Assembly: GCA_037481815.1 (NCBI GenBank)
Contig: JBBFKX010000002.1
Span: 367,647 to 431,646 of the forward strand
DNA: 64,000 nucleotides
Reading direction: 5' to 3'
From: a candidate division WOR-3 bacterium
GTDB lineage: Bacteria > Hydrothermota > 32-111
The notes beneath the pieces are model-generated. The model was not told the DNA's origin. It saw only the letters and a list, made by a program, of their open reading frames with translations, and did no database searches. Position numbers and translations under genes: made by a program. Positions 9,624 to 21,032 of this stretch are shown here, piece after piece (positions within the stretch are counted from its first letter, which is position 1; each line of letters opens with the position of its first letter).

Positions 9624-11563
9624 TTTAGAAGTTTTTTAAGAAAGGTAACATTTCCAAACTGATCATAAACTTTAACCAATATTGAAAGTGTCCCATTTCC
9701 GTTAAAAGGTATATCTATTAAAAATTTTTCCTCTCTGTTATCATAAATCTGATCTACAGGTAATGCTTCTTTAAATTCACTTCCATTTGTTGAAACTTCC
9801 ACTTTATCTATAAAACTTGATTCATCGTAAACTGAAAATTTTAAAATGTTGTTCTGAAATATATCATCTTTTATCTGTGGTGGAGTGTTGTCGATTAAAA
9901 ATTCTTTCGATACTTTTTGATCATTTAAGAATTCTGTGTTATCTATCGAATCTGATACAACCAATTTTATCTTGTAGTATCCGGTTGTAAAATTATCATA
10001 ATTGAACACAAAATAATTATCCTCTATCTGTGAAACCAAGGGATATTCGTACTTATCGTCCTGAAGAAATAAAGAATATGTCAATCTATCACTGTCTGGA
10101 TCAAAACCTTCCCATTTTACAAAGATCTTTTTTTCAAAAATTTTAAAGATATTCTGTTCTTTTAAATCCTGATAAATTTTCTTTTTAAAACTCTTATCCA
10201 TTTTTACATTCTGCGGCATCGCATAATCAGGCAAAATTCTTGGAGGGAAAACATCTATATTTTTAATTTTTGGGATTTTATTCTCACCTTTATAGAAAAT
10301 CTCTATTTTTTTAAAATTGTCTTGTTCATCGTTCAAAACAACTTTATACTGGAAACATTTTGATTTCGGAAGTTCGTTATTATAACCACTGACCACCGGA
10401 TAAAAACCTGTCCATGTATTATCAACCTCATAAGAATCCCCAAACCTGAAAAAAACTTTTGCTTTTCCTGAAATCTCAGGATACACGGATGTTATCGATT
10501 TTTGAGAGTTGAAGTTAAAAACTTTTGAAAAAAATTCTCCTTTCCCATCATTTTCTTTTAACTTTACAATGGAAGGTTGTCCATCGTTTCCAATATATAT
10601 ATTCTCATCATCGATGTAAAGTGCAGTTGGAAATTCAAAATCAAAATTCCCGGCAAAAAATACATGGTTAAAATCAAAATAAAAGAAATTCGCTGGTTTA
10701 GAAAGAAAAATTAAAACACCATTTTTAAAACCTGACACCTGTGAAATATGTGTATCAAAAGTGTAAATGGTATCGACCATATTTTTATCAATCGAAATTA
10801 TATATGATTTATACTCCTGAAATATGGGATCTTCATTTTTCGAATTTTTTGAGTTAACAAAAACAAAGACCTTGTCATCCTTGAAATAAAAATCTCTCAC
10901 CTCACTATCACTTGAAACAAAAATGTAGTCAGTTTTTCCATTCTCATAACTTAAGAGTTTTCCATCACCTTCTGTCGAAAAGAAAAGACGGTTCTTATAT
11001 TTCTTCATCTGTAAACAGTTTTTATCGTTTACCTGAAAAAATTTTTCAAATTTATCCTTTTTTAATTCAAAGATATTTTCACCTACAAGAGCATATATTT
11101 TGCCATCAATGTATACTATTCTGTTTATACTCTTATTTCCATCTTTAAAAAGTGTATCACATTTTTTCTTATCATCGATTCTAACAATTATTCCAGATGG
11201 TTCAATTGAAGCTAAAAAATTTTTTTTGTCTATAACAAATATATTTCTAACGATTTCACCTTCTCTAAATTTCATAAATGTATCTCTACTCGATAAACTG
11301 TATATATATGAATTGCCTCCGGTTCCAACTATGATATCTTTGTCGAATCTTGAGATTGAGAAAATTGGGTCAAAAACCCTGACTTCCAATTTTTCGAGTA
11401 AAAATCCTTTTTTCACGAAATTTTCAGATACCATAACACCATCTTGAACTTTTAAAGATTTTATATTCTCAAGTGGAGTATCAACTATTCTTCCTGTTTC
11501 AAGACCACTTAGTGTTAAAATAGATATAACAAAAATGTATAGAATACCAAAAAATTTTTTCAT
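9620..11563 (-). CDS. Secreted hypothetical protein (beta-propeller-like N-terminus, Fn3/Ig-like C-terminus)
   Basis: Signal peptide; beta-rich repeats; W..FDPDSD.L.Y and IDNTPP motifs; adjacent to the S55 peptidase. Confidence 0.55.
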   Translation of the reverse strand: MKKFFGILYIFVISILTLSGLETGRIVDTPLENIKSLKVQDGVMVSENFVKKGFLLEKLEVRVFDPIFSISRFDKDIIVGTGGNSYIYSLSSRDTFMKFREGEIVRNIFVIDKKNFLASIEPSGIIVRIDDKKKCDTLFKDGNKSINRIVYIDGKIYALVGENIFELKKDKFEKFFQVNDKNCLQMKKYKNRLFFSTEGDGKLLSYENGKTDYIFVSSDSEVRDFYFKDDKVFVFVNSKNSKNEDPIFQEYKSYIISIDKNMVDTIYTFDTHISQVSGFKNGVLIFLSKPANFFYFDFNHVFFAGNFDFEFPTALYIDDENIYIGNDGQPSIVKLKENDGKGEFFSKVFNFNSQKSITSVYPEISGKAKVFFRFGDSYEVDNTWTGFYPVVSGYNNELPKSKCFQYKVVLNDEQDNFKKIEIFYKGENKIPKIKNIDVFPPRILPDYAMPQNVKMDKSFKKKIYQDLKEQNIFKIFEKKIFVKWEGFDPDSDRLTYSLFLQDDKYEYPLVSQIEDNYFVFNYDNFTTGYYKIKLVVSDSIDNTEFLNDQKVSKEFLIDNTPPQIKDDIFQNNILKFSVYDESSFIDKVEVSTNGSEFKEALPVDQIYDNREEKFLIDIPFNGNGTLSILVKVYDQFGNVTFLKKLLK

Positions 11564-11564
11564 T

Positions 11565-13208
11565 CTACCTCCACAATTTTAAAACTATACTTTTCGTACC
11601 TTTTATTACAAAATCTGTTGAGAATTTTTTCACTACCAGATTGTTACCGTTAACCATCTTCTTCCCCATCATGAGTTGCTCTTTTACAAAAGATGTTGGA
11701 TAGTTGAAAAATTCAAGGTTATTATCTATAAATCCTTTTTCAAAGGAAACCAATCTTACTATTAAACTGTTCGATGGATTTATCTGATCTATTATGTTTT
11801 CCAGAGTTTCAATATCCTTAAAATCAAATTTTCCAGAACTTCTCGAACTTTCAAAATAGAGGTCATCTCCACCACCATTAACGGTAATCATTATTGAATC
11901 ATCTTTTATGTTATCAGGTATTCTGATTTCTAACTCTTTTGTCAACATCTCTCTATCATAACCTTTCAGTTTAATCAAAAGTCGCAAATTTTCTCCATTT
12001 CTATAATACTTTTTGTCAGTTATTATATCATCTATCATAAACACAAGATTCTGTTCAACAACATCAGATTCAATTTTTACAGAATCCATTCTGATCGTTC
12101 TATAAACATTGTTTGTATATGCTGTAAAAAGACCGGAGATATCAAAAAACATCTGTAAAAGTATATTGTCTCCTGAAAACATATTTTTATATTCAAAACT
12201 TTTTTTATTTGAACCAAACACCTCTATTTTATATTTAACAGAGAGGTTCCCACCAGATTTAAAATTTTTCGAGACAGTTGATAGAAAGGTCAACGGAAGA
12301 TAATTTGAAATTATATCTTTATCGTTTACTATTGAAAAATTGTACATTTTCTGGTTAACTTTCATCCTGACTTTTACCATCTCAGATTTTTCACCACTAA
12401 CCGCAAGAACTCCAAAGGTTCTATCCTGTTTCGCTTTTCCGACATTATCTTTCAGAGAAAATCCCATTTTAAACGAAATATCATTTTTAGGTAATATCGT
12501 ATATATGTACGCTTCAGAAACAGGAAAATCAACCTCTCCTTTTAAAGTGAAAGGATGACCTAACGAATAAATATTTTTTTGATCAACATAAGTAACGGTT
12601 CCTATGGCGGATGCTTCGAAATCTCCCTCGATAAGTTTTATCGCTATTGCTTTTCCAGGAACGAGTTCACTTTTTTTAGTACCTTTAATGTTAATATTGT
12701 TTCCACCGGAAATTATGGAATTTTTTGAAAAAATGTTTAACTTTTCTGCAAGATCTATAACTTCGTTTGAAAATCCATAAAAAACTATTGGAACAGATAT
12801 TTCTTTGAAATCAAAATCTTTTTTCTTGTCCTGATTTTCATAATTTTTTATCTCTACAATCCTTCTTATCGGGATAACACCACCTACAGGTTCTTTTAAA
12901 TTATCCCAGGTATAACTCAAACTACCGGCAAGTTTTCCTTGAAAATAAACCGGGCTACCACTCATACCAGCTGCAACTCCCGTTTTTTCTATATTTTCTC
13001 CCGAACATTTTACAAGAATCATTTCCATATTCGAATCTCTCATAATATCGATTATCTCAACCTCAAACGTGTCTATTTCTGTTCCATGAAAAACTGTTAA
13101 ACAGTAACCCTTCATCCCAATTTTGAGATCGTTAAGATCGATAAATTCTTCTGCACAGATAAAAACAAAAAATAATAGAGTCAGCACAAAAAAATATTTT
13201 TTCATCAT
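11565..13208 (-). CDS. SpoIVB-type S55 serine peptidase domain protein
   Basis: GMKGYCLTVFHG, GVAAGMSGSPVY, GTVTY...GHPF. Confidence 0.88.
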   Translation of the reverse strand: MMKKYFFVLTLLFFVFICAEEFIDLNDLKIGMKGYCLTVFHGTEIDTFEVEIIDIMRDSNMEMILVKCSGENIEKTGVAAGMSGSPVYFQGKLAGSLSYTWDNLKEPVGGVIPIRRIVEIKNYENQDKKKDFDFKEISVPIVFYGFSNEVIDLAEKLNIFSKNSIISGGNNINIKGTKKSELVPGKAIAIKLIEGDFEASAIGTVTYVDQKNIYSLGHPFTLKGEVDFPVSEAYIYTILPKNDISFKMGFSLKDNVGKAKQDRTFGVLAVSGEKSEMVKVRMKVNQKMYNFSIVNDKDIISNYLPLTFLSTVSKNFKSGGNLSVKYKIEVFGSNKKSFEYKNMFSGDNILLQMFFDISGLFTAYTNNVYRTIRMDSVKIESDVVEQNLVFMIDDIITDKKYYRNGENLRLLIKLKGYDREMLTKELEIRIPDNIKDDSIMITVNGGGDDLYFESSRSSGKFDFKDIETLENIIDQINPSNSLIVRLVSFEKGFIDNNLEFFNYPTSFVKEQLMMGKKMVNGNNLVVKKFSTDFVIKGTKSIVLKLWR

Positions 13209-14509
13209 ACTCCTTTTATATACTTTATCAGTTCTACTTTTTCAATATTTTCATCACTTTCTTCTATCTTAAATGAATTCTTTAAAATCTCAACACTTTC
13301 CTGGTAATCATGGTTCCCAACAAAAACCTCAAAGATTATATCACCTTTTAAAACTCTATCTCTTATTTTTTTATAAACTTTCAATCCAGTTTTATGATCG
13401 ATATTATCCTCTTTTCTAAACCTTCCAGCATTAAGATGGATAAGTGCAATCCCAATTTTATAAGTATCAAAGTAAGAAATATATCCATCTCTGTCTGAAA
13501 CTATTTTAACAGAATTTTGATAGAAAAGATCATCACATTTTAATTTATCAAGTTTACCACCCTGAGCTGAAACTATTTTCAAAAAGGTTTCATAAGCGTA
13601 TCCTTTTTTTATTACATCCTTTATTTTTTCAACTCTATCTTCACAACTTTTCCCAATACCATTCTTTTCCATCAAAAGAACAGCCATAGCTTTAACAAGT
13701 TTATAAACATCATTTTCAAGTTCACCTTTGAGAATTTTTATCGATTCATGAATTTCACATCCGTTTCCAGCGTATTCACCCAAAACCTGTGACATATCGG
13801 TTATAAGGTAAACCATCTTTTTATCAAACATCTCTCCTATTGACAACATATTGTCGGCTAATTTTTTTGCATCATCAAAATTTTTCATAAAAGCACCATT
13901 TCCACATTTAACATCAAGTATCAAAGAATCTATACCTTCTGCAAGTTTTTTGCTCATTATCGATGATGTTATAAGAGGTATCGACTCAACTGTTCCCGTT
14001 ACATCTCTCAGTGAGTAGAGAAGTTTGTCTGCTGGAACAAAATTTTCTGTTTGTCCTCCAAAACCTCCACCGATTTTTTCAACCATATCATACATTTTTT
14101 CTTTACTCAAAAAAACATTCATTCCCTCTATAGATTCAAGTTTATCGAGTGTTCCTCCGGTATGTCCAAGCCCACGTCCTGAAACCATTGGAACTTTAAA
14201 CCCAAGCGAAACAAGAACTGGAAGAAGCGGAATTGAAACTTTATCACCAACTCCACCTGTTGAATGTTTGTCGACTTTTAATCCCTCAACATTTGAAAAA
14301 TCATACTTATATCCTGAATCCATCATTATTTCGGTTAAAATTTTCGTTTCAAGATCAGAAAAACCTTTTAAAAAACCTGCCATTAAAAATGCAGCAACCT
14401 GATAATCAGCAATTTTACCTTCAATGTAACCTTTTATAAAAAAGTTCAATTCATCTTTTGTCAGTTCGTGTCCATCTCTTTTCTTTTTAATAATCTCCAC
14501 AGGATTCAT
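13205..14509 (-). CDS. pdp: Pyrimidine-nucleoside (thymidine) phosphorylase
   Basis: II.KKRDG, DKHSTGGVGDK, SGRGLGHTGGTLDKLE, SIMSKKLAEG. Confidence 0.96.
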   Translation of the reverse strand: MNPVEIIKKKRDGHELTKDELNFFIKGYIEGKIADYQVAAFLMAGFLKGFSDLETKILTEIMMDSGYKYDFSNVEGLKVDKHSTGGVGDKVSIPLLPVLVSLGFKVPMVSGRGLGHTGGTLDKLESIEGMNVFLSKEKMYDMVEKIGGGFGGQTENFVPADKLLYSLRDVTGTVESIPLITSSIMSKKLAEGIDSLILDVKCGNGAFMKNFDDAKKLADNMLSIGEMFDKKMVYLITDMSQVLGEYAGNGCEIHESIKILKGELENDVYKLVKAMAVLLMEKNGIGKSCEDRVEKIKDVIKKGYAYETFLKIVSAQGGKLDKLKCDDLFYQNSVKIVSDRDGYISYFDTYKIGIALIHLNAGRFRKEDNIDHKTGLKVYKKIRDRVLKGDIIFEVFVGNHDYQESVEILKNSFKIEESDENIEKVELIKYIKGV

Positions 14510-15155
14510 AGACCTCTCCCATTATTTTTACAGAGTTTGAACTTCCTATCCTTGAAGCACCACTTCTTATCATTTCAACCGCTGTTTTAAGATCCCTGAT
14601 CCCACCACTTGCTTTTATCTTTATTCTATCACCGCCAAGATTTTTAAAAAGTTTTATATCTTCAATTTTTGCTCCACCTGTTGAAAATCCTGTTGAAGTT
14701 TTTATATAATCCGCTTTACTTTCGATAAGAATCTCTAAAATCTTTTTCTTTTCTTCCTGATCAAGCAAACAGGTCTCAACAATAACTTTTAATATCCTAT
14801 CACCACATACACTCTTTATTTTTTTTACTTCATCAAATATGTGATCATATCTTTTCGACTTCATATAACCTATATTCATAACCATATCGATTTCATCTGC
14901 ACCAAGATCAATGGATCTTTTTGTTTCATGAAGTTTTGTTTCTATGTCGGTTGCACCGAGTGGAAATCCAACAACAGTACAAACTTTTACATCACTATCT
15001 TTTAAAATATTCTTAGAATATTCAATATAACTCTGATTCACACATACTGAAAAAAACTTAAAATTTTTTGCCTCTTCACATAAACGTCTAATATCCTCAA
15101 AAGTTGCATCAGGTTTCAAAAGCGTATGGTCAATGTACCTGTTTAAATCTTTCAT
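14487..15155 (-). CDS. deoC: Deoxyribose-phosphate aldolase
   Basis: IDHTLLKP, VGFPLGA, GADEIDMV, KTSTGF, KASGGIR. Confidence 0.97.
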   Translation of the reverse strand: MKDLNRYIDHTLLKPDATFEDIRRLCEEAKNFKFFSVCVNQSYIEYSKNILKDSDVKVCTVVGFPLGATDIETKLHETKRSIDLGADEIDMVMNIGYMKSKRYDHIFDEVKKIKSVCGDRILKVIVETCLLDQEEKKKILEILIESKADYIKTSTGFSTGGAKIEDIKLFKNLGGDRIKIKASGGIRDLKTAVEMIRSGASRIGSSNSVKIMGEVYESCGDY

Positions 15156-16054
15156 CTATCAACTCCTTCAACTTTCACTATGTTACCGTTTAAAAAATAC
15201 CAGATGTTATAATATTCTTGGTTTTTCAGTATCTCGATAACTATCATCCCATCATATTTTTGATTATATTTTAGATTTCCACTTACAAAATAAACAGGAT
15301 CTTTTTTATCGTCAACGGGGTTGATCAAAACTTTACCATATCTGAAAAAACTTTCCTTATCCCCGGGATAGAATCTGTTATAATCATAAAATTCCTGTAA
15401 AATTTTTTTTGCCTTTTTTGCATTGAATTTTATTTCTTTTTCAACATCTTTTTTGAACTCAAAATTCGCAAATTGAACATAAACTGGAGTATAATAATCT
15501 ATGAATTCACCTTCAAGACCGTCCTCTCTGCTTTTCAAAATAGCGACACCATAACCTTTATCTCCAGCATAACATGAATATAGGTCGATCACCTTCCCAC
15601 GGACAACATCTTTTGTTATACCTTTTTCTTTTACAATACTTTTGTAAGTATAAGTTCCAAATTCATTTTTTTCCTTTTGATATTCTATTTTAATACCGAT
15701 CGGAAGATCGTTACTCAAAAAGAAACTGTCTCCTACCATTTCACCTGAAAATCTCAAATAATCTTTTCCGTTTTTAAAATTAAAATTTTCACCATATTTT
15801 TCGAAAAAGATATTTTTTATGTCTTTTAGTTCTTTATAATCTCCTTCCTGTTTTGATAATCTCAAAAATAGTGAGATCTTTTTTGTTTCAAGGGAGAAAA
15901 CCTTAAGTTCTGCGAAAGCATCACCGATCTGATCTATCGCCTCATAAAAAAAAGCGAAGTATTTACCATCATCAGAAAATCCAATAATCTCTGGTTCTGA
16001 ACAGAAAATTGTAACAGCAAAAACTATTGTTAAAACAACATAAAAAATTTTCAT
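15152..16054 (-). CDS. Secreted hypothetical protein
   Basis: Signal peptide; GFSDDGKYFAF N-terminal motif; ATGA-type overlaps with neighbours. Confidence 0.6.
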   Translation of the reverse strand: MKIFYVVLTIVFAVTIFCSEPEIIGFSDDGKYFAFFYEAIDQIGDAFAELKVFSLETKKISLFLRLSKQEGDYKELKDIKNIFFEKYGENFNFKNGKDYLRFSGEMVGDSFFLSNDLPIGIKIEYQKEKNEFGTYTYKSIVKEKGITKDVVRGKVIDLYSCYAGDKGYGVAILKSREDGLEGEFIDYYTPVYVQFANFEFKKDVEKEIKFNAKKAKKILQEFYDYNRFYPGDKESFFRYGKVLINPVDDKKDPVYFVSGNLKYNQKYDGMIVIEILKNQEYYNIWYFLNGNIVKVEGVDR

Positions 16055-17355
16055 TTTATTCTCCTTATTACAATTTTACCCGAAATATTTTTTAATAAAA
16101 CCTCCTGTGGTGGAAAACCAGAAGAAATTTCAATATGTGATGGATCCACTTCAAATTGCTTGAATGTTGGATCAACAGTATAAATAGTACCTCTGTAAAA
16201 AACGTTGTTCCATGCATGGTATAAAAATTCTCCCTCTGAAAAAACAACTCCCGAAACAACATTGACCCTAACATTTTTTGCGATAAGTATTGAAGCAAAA
16301 AGTTGAGCATGTTCAGTGCAATCACCATAAGAGTTTTTCAAAATCTGTGATGGAGTCAAAAGGCCGGAAAATATTTGTTTTTTTAATTTTTTGTTCACAA
16401 ACTCCATACTCTTTTTTATGAAAACAAGAGTGTCGTTTTTGCTCTTTTTAAAAATTTCGTTTGCAACAAGTGCTACAGAACTATCTGGTAAAAGGTAAAA
16501 AGAATCCTTAATATCTTCAAAACCTTTATTTGTTATTGATCTCCTAAAAACTTCAAGTGTGTCTTTTTTATGTATCTGTCTATAATTTGAAAGATTTTTA
16601 TCTTTTATTCCATCAATAAGATATTTGGCATAATTATCCTTCCTGATATTTCGAAAATTACCTCTGGCTTCAATTTTAAAATAATCCAGAATGTTAAAAT
16701 CTTCCTGTGGTTCCTCAACTTTTTTAGCCAACATCATCTCTATGCCCTGGTCATTGAAAGATTTTACACATCTGTTATTTTTATCAAACCAGAGATAAAA
16801 TGTTGAACTTTCAGTTTTTAAAAGATATTTCGATGTAACGATTTTGTCATCGAATATTTCAAGAGATTCATTACCTAAATACCTGATATCAACCTTTTCA
16901 AGTTTCATATTCAAAGGATTAAATGTGAAAAGATTTTCTTTAAAAAATTTTTTATCAACGGTTTCAATGTTGAACACGATTTTTTTGTTTCTTATATCGA
17001 TAGTATCAGTTTTATCTTTACCTGAAAGATCTGTTTTTATAATCAACTTTTCTCCTTCTACAAAACCGTTTACATAAAAGGAAATATCTTTGCTGTTTAT
17101 TCCGGTGAAGAATTTTTTAACATTCCAGTCTTCATCAAAAAATGATACAGAATTTGAAAATATTTCAATATCGTTACCATATATTTTGAACTTCATTTTA
17201 CTTTTTTCTTCTAATTTTATCATACTATCAATAATTGTTTTATCTTCCTTAAAATATCCGATCTTTTTCCCTCCAAGAAAAATATCCATAACCCTTTGTT
17301 CAGCAAAAAGTCCAGTAAAAAAGGTCAATACAAATATAAAAAGATATTCTCTCAT
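16051..17355 (-). CDS. Secreted transglutaminase-like domain protein
   Basis: GDCTEHA / YHAW / VDPT Cys-His-Asp triad; signal peptide. Confidence 0.85.
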   Translation of the reverse strand: MREYLFIFVLTFFTGLFAEQRVMDIFLGGKKIGYFKEDKTIIDSMIKLEEKSKMKFKIYGNDIEIFSNSVSFFDEDWNVKKFFTGINSKDISFYVNGFVEGEKLIIKTDLSGKDKTDTIDIRNKKIVFNIETVDKKFFKENLFTFNPLNMKLEKVDIRYLGNESLEIFDDKIVTSKYLLKTESSTFYLWFDKNNRCVKSFNDQGIEMMLAKKVEEPQEDFNILDYFKIEARGNFRNIRKDNYAKYLIDGIKDKNLSNYRQIHKKDTLEVFRRSITNKGFEDIKDSFYLLPDSSVALVANEIFKKSKNDTLVFIKKSMEFVNKKLKKQIFSGLLTPSQILKNSYGDCTEHAQLFASILIAKNVRVNVVSGVVFSEGEFLYHAWNNVFYRGTIYTVDPTFKQFEVDPSHIEISSGFPPQEVLLKNISGKIVIRRIK

Positions 17356-20300
17356 TTTTTTACTACCTTTACATTTTTTAAGTATCTCTTTCCTTCCGAA
17401 AATTCACTAATATCTATATTCAAAAGATAAACTCCAGGAAGTAATTTTCTTTTGTTTTTTAAATCAATAAGTATACTGTTAAAACCCGAGTTAAAATTTT
17501 TTCTTCCCTCTTCCAGCATTTCTCCCTTATCGTTGAATATTTTGTATAATATAAAACCTGAGGAGTTCGAGTTGAATGTTAAGTAAAAGTTATCATTAAA
17601 AGGATTCGGATAAACCAGAATATTTTTCGTTAAATTTGTCTGTGGATGTTTTATGAACACAGTTTTTTCATATTTTTTCAGATCATTGTCAAAAACAACA
17701 ACCCTTAAAGTATCGATCATAGAATAAGCACTATCTATAAAAATTTCCGTCTTAAAAGTATCCTCTGAAACTATAAAATTGTTAACAACCATCTTTTTAT
17801 CCTGGTTGATATAGACTGTTGGTTTAAAACCTGTTATATTTGCAAGATATACTCCTCTGTTTGAAACAAACTCTATTCCAAGTTTATATTTTTTTGAAGC
17901 AAGAACAGTATCAATGACTTCTGTCCCATTTACCTTTACAATAAGTTTAGCCATTGAAACGGATGTATCTTTTTCAATTTTATAAAAGACCTTTTTGACT
18001 TTTGAATGTATAAAACTATCATCTTCAAAAACTGAAACAAGGTTCAACCTTGAAAGATATCTTTTATTTTCAAAGGTATCTGGTAATACGATCTGAAATA
18101 TACTTTCATTTTTATTGTCTGAAATCCTTCTCATCACTCCATCATCCTTGACATAATATACATAAGCGTATGGGTATGTATGAAGATAATCGTGTGAATC
18201 GACATAAAAAGGTTGATATATATCGAAAAAAACCTCTTCGTCATTTTTATTGTGATAGGAATATCCTACATTACATTCTGTTCCAAGTGTTATGGTATCA
18301 TCTGAAACCACATCGATATCGTATTTATATCTTTTCACAACCATCGATGGATCACCAAAAAGTTGATGTGATGTATAGGTATAGTTGTTTTTGTTGATCA
18401 TAGCAAGATAGTACTCTCCAACAGTTCTATAACCTCCATAAAGAAAAAGATCGTAGACAAAAGACAGATAAAGAATGTTTCTATTCTCATCAGCACCTGT
18501 TGCACGTGTTGCAGCGATTGTCGCAGAGAACCCTGAATATGGAAGGATTTGAAAATCACCGGCGATACAACCATAATCGTTATCAAATTGGCCTGCCTGA
18601 CATGTTCCAAAAAGAAATATTGGATATTTATAAATGTTATCAAAAAGATCAAGATCTGTCGGATACTCCAGAAAATGTTCGTGTGTTAAAGAATAATATG
18701 ACCCGTGTCCATAAAAGAATCCAAAATTCACTCCTCTCGAAAGTATATCCTTTAGCACAAATCTGACATCCCTTTTGAATCCGGGATTATAGGGCCAGTG
18801 ATCGGTTTTTTCAAGATCTCCTTTGTAATCTGTAAGATATAACTTTTCTATCGAAAAAATATTTTCCAGAAGATTTGAAAGTTCCTCACTCGCATTTATA
18901 AAACTTATATCGTTAAAATCATTCGTTATTCTCGAACTGTATTCGTCATCAGATATCACAACACTTCTACTTTTCATATATGTTGGAGTTTTTGTCTCAT
19001 AGTCGATAATCTTATTTAAAGCATAATACGCCTGGTCCTTTGTATAGACGGTCATTCTACCAGGTATAATATCGATATAGTTATCTCCATCAAGAAGTGT
19101 ATACCATCTATCAACACACTCTGATCTGTAGGAAGTAAGAAGTGCAAGTTTGTAAACACCATAACCTGTCTCATAAACTGGAACTACATTTCTATTTTCA
19201 TAAGTGTTCAAACGGTTTTTATAATCGAAAGAACCTGCTCCAAGAAGAAGTAGATAGTGGGGAAATTTAACCCATTTTTTTTGAGCATAGTAAAGAAAAG
19301 ATTTTATCGAAGTAGGTGTCTTCATACCAAAAGAAAAAGCATTGTCTATCTGTTCGAATTCAAAAACTTTTACACTTAAACCATCTTTCTTTCGATACTG
19401 CACATAAGAGTTAACAATGTTTTTGTATCCTTTTCCAGTAATGACAAGTATATCACATCCTTCATCAAAATCAAAAATTGCAGAGCAATCAACATATTCA
19501 ATCTTATCAATCTTTTTCAGGTCCTTTGAAAAGTAGATTTCATCTGAGTTAAAAGTTTTTATATTCACATGTCTATTTTTTTCTAATTTTCCAAAATATG
19601 AATTTTGAACGGATGAAAGAAAGCAAAAAAGATTCTCTTCAGGTTTCACAGTTAAAATTTCTTTTTGATTGTGTTCAATTTTCAAATCCTCATCACCACC
19701 AAGATATGCTCTGTATTCCGGCTCTATAGAACATAGGTAAAACACTTTATTTTTATTATCTGTATTAACAGGTATTATCCTTATAGAATTTTCTTCCTGA
19801 AAATTGGTGATATCAAATGAAAAACTTTTTGGAACCGTTGTATATGCACCCCGTGCAGAAGCTCTTCCAACAATTTTTCCATTCAGTTCAATGTCAATGT
19901 CAAAAGTGTCATTAAGATCTGTCTGAAAGAAAAATGAAATATAAAGTTTTCCAGAAGAATCTGCTAAGTTGTTTAACTTGAAATTCCAGAGATAATCTTG
20001 TTGTTCTGTTGAATCTTTATTTACAGAGAACTCCCGCCACGCCCATCCATATCCAGCCATTAAAGGATTTATTGAATCATATCTGAAAGTTATCAAAACA
20101 TTTGCAAAAGAATCACCTTTTACACTATCGTATTCAAGATCATTGGTTTCCCAAAAATTTGAATCGTTAAAAATTAGAATATACTGGTTGTAATCTGTGA
20201 AAGGATTGTTATAAAGATCATACGAAAGATAAAAATTTTTTCCTTTTCCTTTTATCGAATTACCATAAAAAACAAAGTATTCCCCCTTTTCAAAAGAATT

Positions 20301-21032
20301 GTCATCATCACCAAAAAATTTTATAGGAACTTTTATCGGATCCCTATGATAGAACATGTTCGATGTATCAGCTGGAAGTACAAGATTTTTTCTTCTGTAT
20401 AGACCTAAATGTTTAGGAGAAACAAATTCAGGCGTCAATCCAGCATTTTTCAGATCTGTATAATCAAGGCGGTATATTCCATCATCCTTTATCTCGAGTT
20501 TTAGATACGATTTTATTTCTGTTCCATCAGATTTTGAAAAGAAATATAATTTGGATGGAGATACATAATTGCTGTTTACACTAGTAGAGAGTAATGGATT
20601 ATAAGAGCGACTTTTAAAAAGTTGATTTTTAAACTTTACCTCTATCGATATTTTTTTGTATAATTGAAGTATCTCTTTATCGAAATTATAAACCGGAAAA
20701 ATTTTTAACTGCAAAATTCTCTGTTTTGAAGCGTAAACAAACTTCTTTTCATACAACTTTGTGGTTTTATTCAAACCCGTAAAAAAATTTTTCCCATCTT
20801 TTATACCTTCACTTTTAACATATACTTCAATATCACCTTCCGGTACATTTATATATAAATTTTTTACAAGATAACCATTTTCATATTCAAGATCATAAAA
20901 TGGTATTCCTTCATCAAAAGGATAATATTCAACTTTTACACTTTTTTCATCAAAATTGCTAAGAATCTTCGAAAAATTTGTCAGAAAGAATAATAAAATA
21001 AAAACCAATATAAAAGTTTTATTTTTCATCAA
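17352..21032 (-). CDS. C25 (gingipain/PorU-like) cysteine peptidase with T9SS-type C-terminal sorting domain
   Basis: YLLLLG...D, GRM....Q, YGHGS and GTC catalytic motifs, LFGDPS, C-terminal VYPNPF...PGVYLL...KVVK. Confidence 0.85.
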   Translation of the reverse strand: MMKNKTFILVFILLFFLTNFSKILSNFDEKSVKVEYYPFDEGIPFYDLEYENGYLVKNLYINVPEGDIEVYVKSEGIKDGKNFFTGLNKTTKLYEKKFVYASKQRILQLKIFPVYNFDKEILQLYKKISIEVKFKNQLFKSRSYNPLLSTSVNSNYVSPSKLYFFSKSDGTEIKSYLKLEIKDDGIYRLDYTDLKNAGLTPEFVSPKHLGLYRRKNLVLPADTSNMFYHRDPIKVPIKFFGDDDNSFEKGEYFVFYGNSIKGKGKNFYLSYDLYNNPFTDYNQYILIFNDSNFWETNDLEYDSVKGDSFANVLITFRYDSINPLMAGYGWAWREFSVNKDSTEQQDYLWNFKLNNLADSSGKLYISFFFQTDLNDTFDIDIELNGKIVGRASARGAYTTVPKSFSFDITNFQEENSIRIIPVNTDNKNKVFYLCSIEPEYRAYLGGDEDLKIEHNQKEILTVKPEENLFCFLSSVQNSYFGKLEKNRHVNIKTFNSDEIYFSKDLKKIDKIEYVDCSAIFDFDEGCDILVITGKGYKNIVNSYVQYRKKDGLSVKVFEFEQIDNAFSFGMKTPTSIKSFLYYAQKKWVKFPHYLLLLGAGSFDYKNRLNTYENRNVVPVYETGYGVYKLALLTSYRSECVDRWYTLLDGDNYIDIIPGRMTVYTKDQAYYALNKIIDYETKTPTYMKSRSVVISDDEYSSRITNDFNDISFINASEELSNLLENIFSIEKLYLTDYKGDLEKTDHWPYNPGFKRDVRFVLKDILSRGVNFGFFYGHGSYYSLTHEHFLEYPTDLDLFDNIYKYPIFLFGTCQAGQFDNDYGCIAGDFQILPYSGFSATIAATRATGADENRNILYLSFVYDLFLYGGYRTVGEYYLAMINKNNYTYTSHQLFGDPSMVVKRYKYDIDVVSDDTITLGTECNVGYSYHNKNDEEVFFDIYQPFYVDSHDYLHTYPYAYVYYVKDDGVMRRISDNKNESIFQIVLPDTFENKRYLSRLNLVSVFEDDSFIHSKVKKVFYKIEKDTSVSMAKLIVKVNGTEVIDTVLASKKYKLGIEFVSNRGVYLANITGFKPTVYINQDKKMVVNNFIVSEDTFKTEIFIDSAYSMIDTLRVVVFDNDLKKYEKTVFIKHPQTNLTKNILVYPNPFNDNFYLTFNSNSSGFILYKIFNDKGEMLEEGRKNFNSGFNSILIDLKNKRKLLPGVYLLNIDISEFSEGKRYLKNVKVVKK

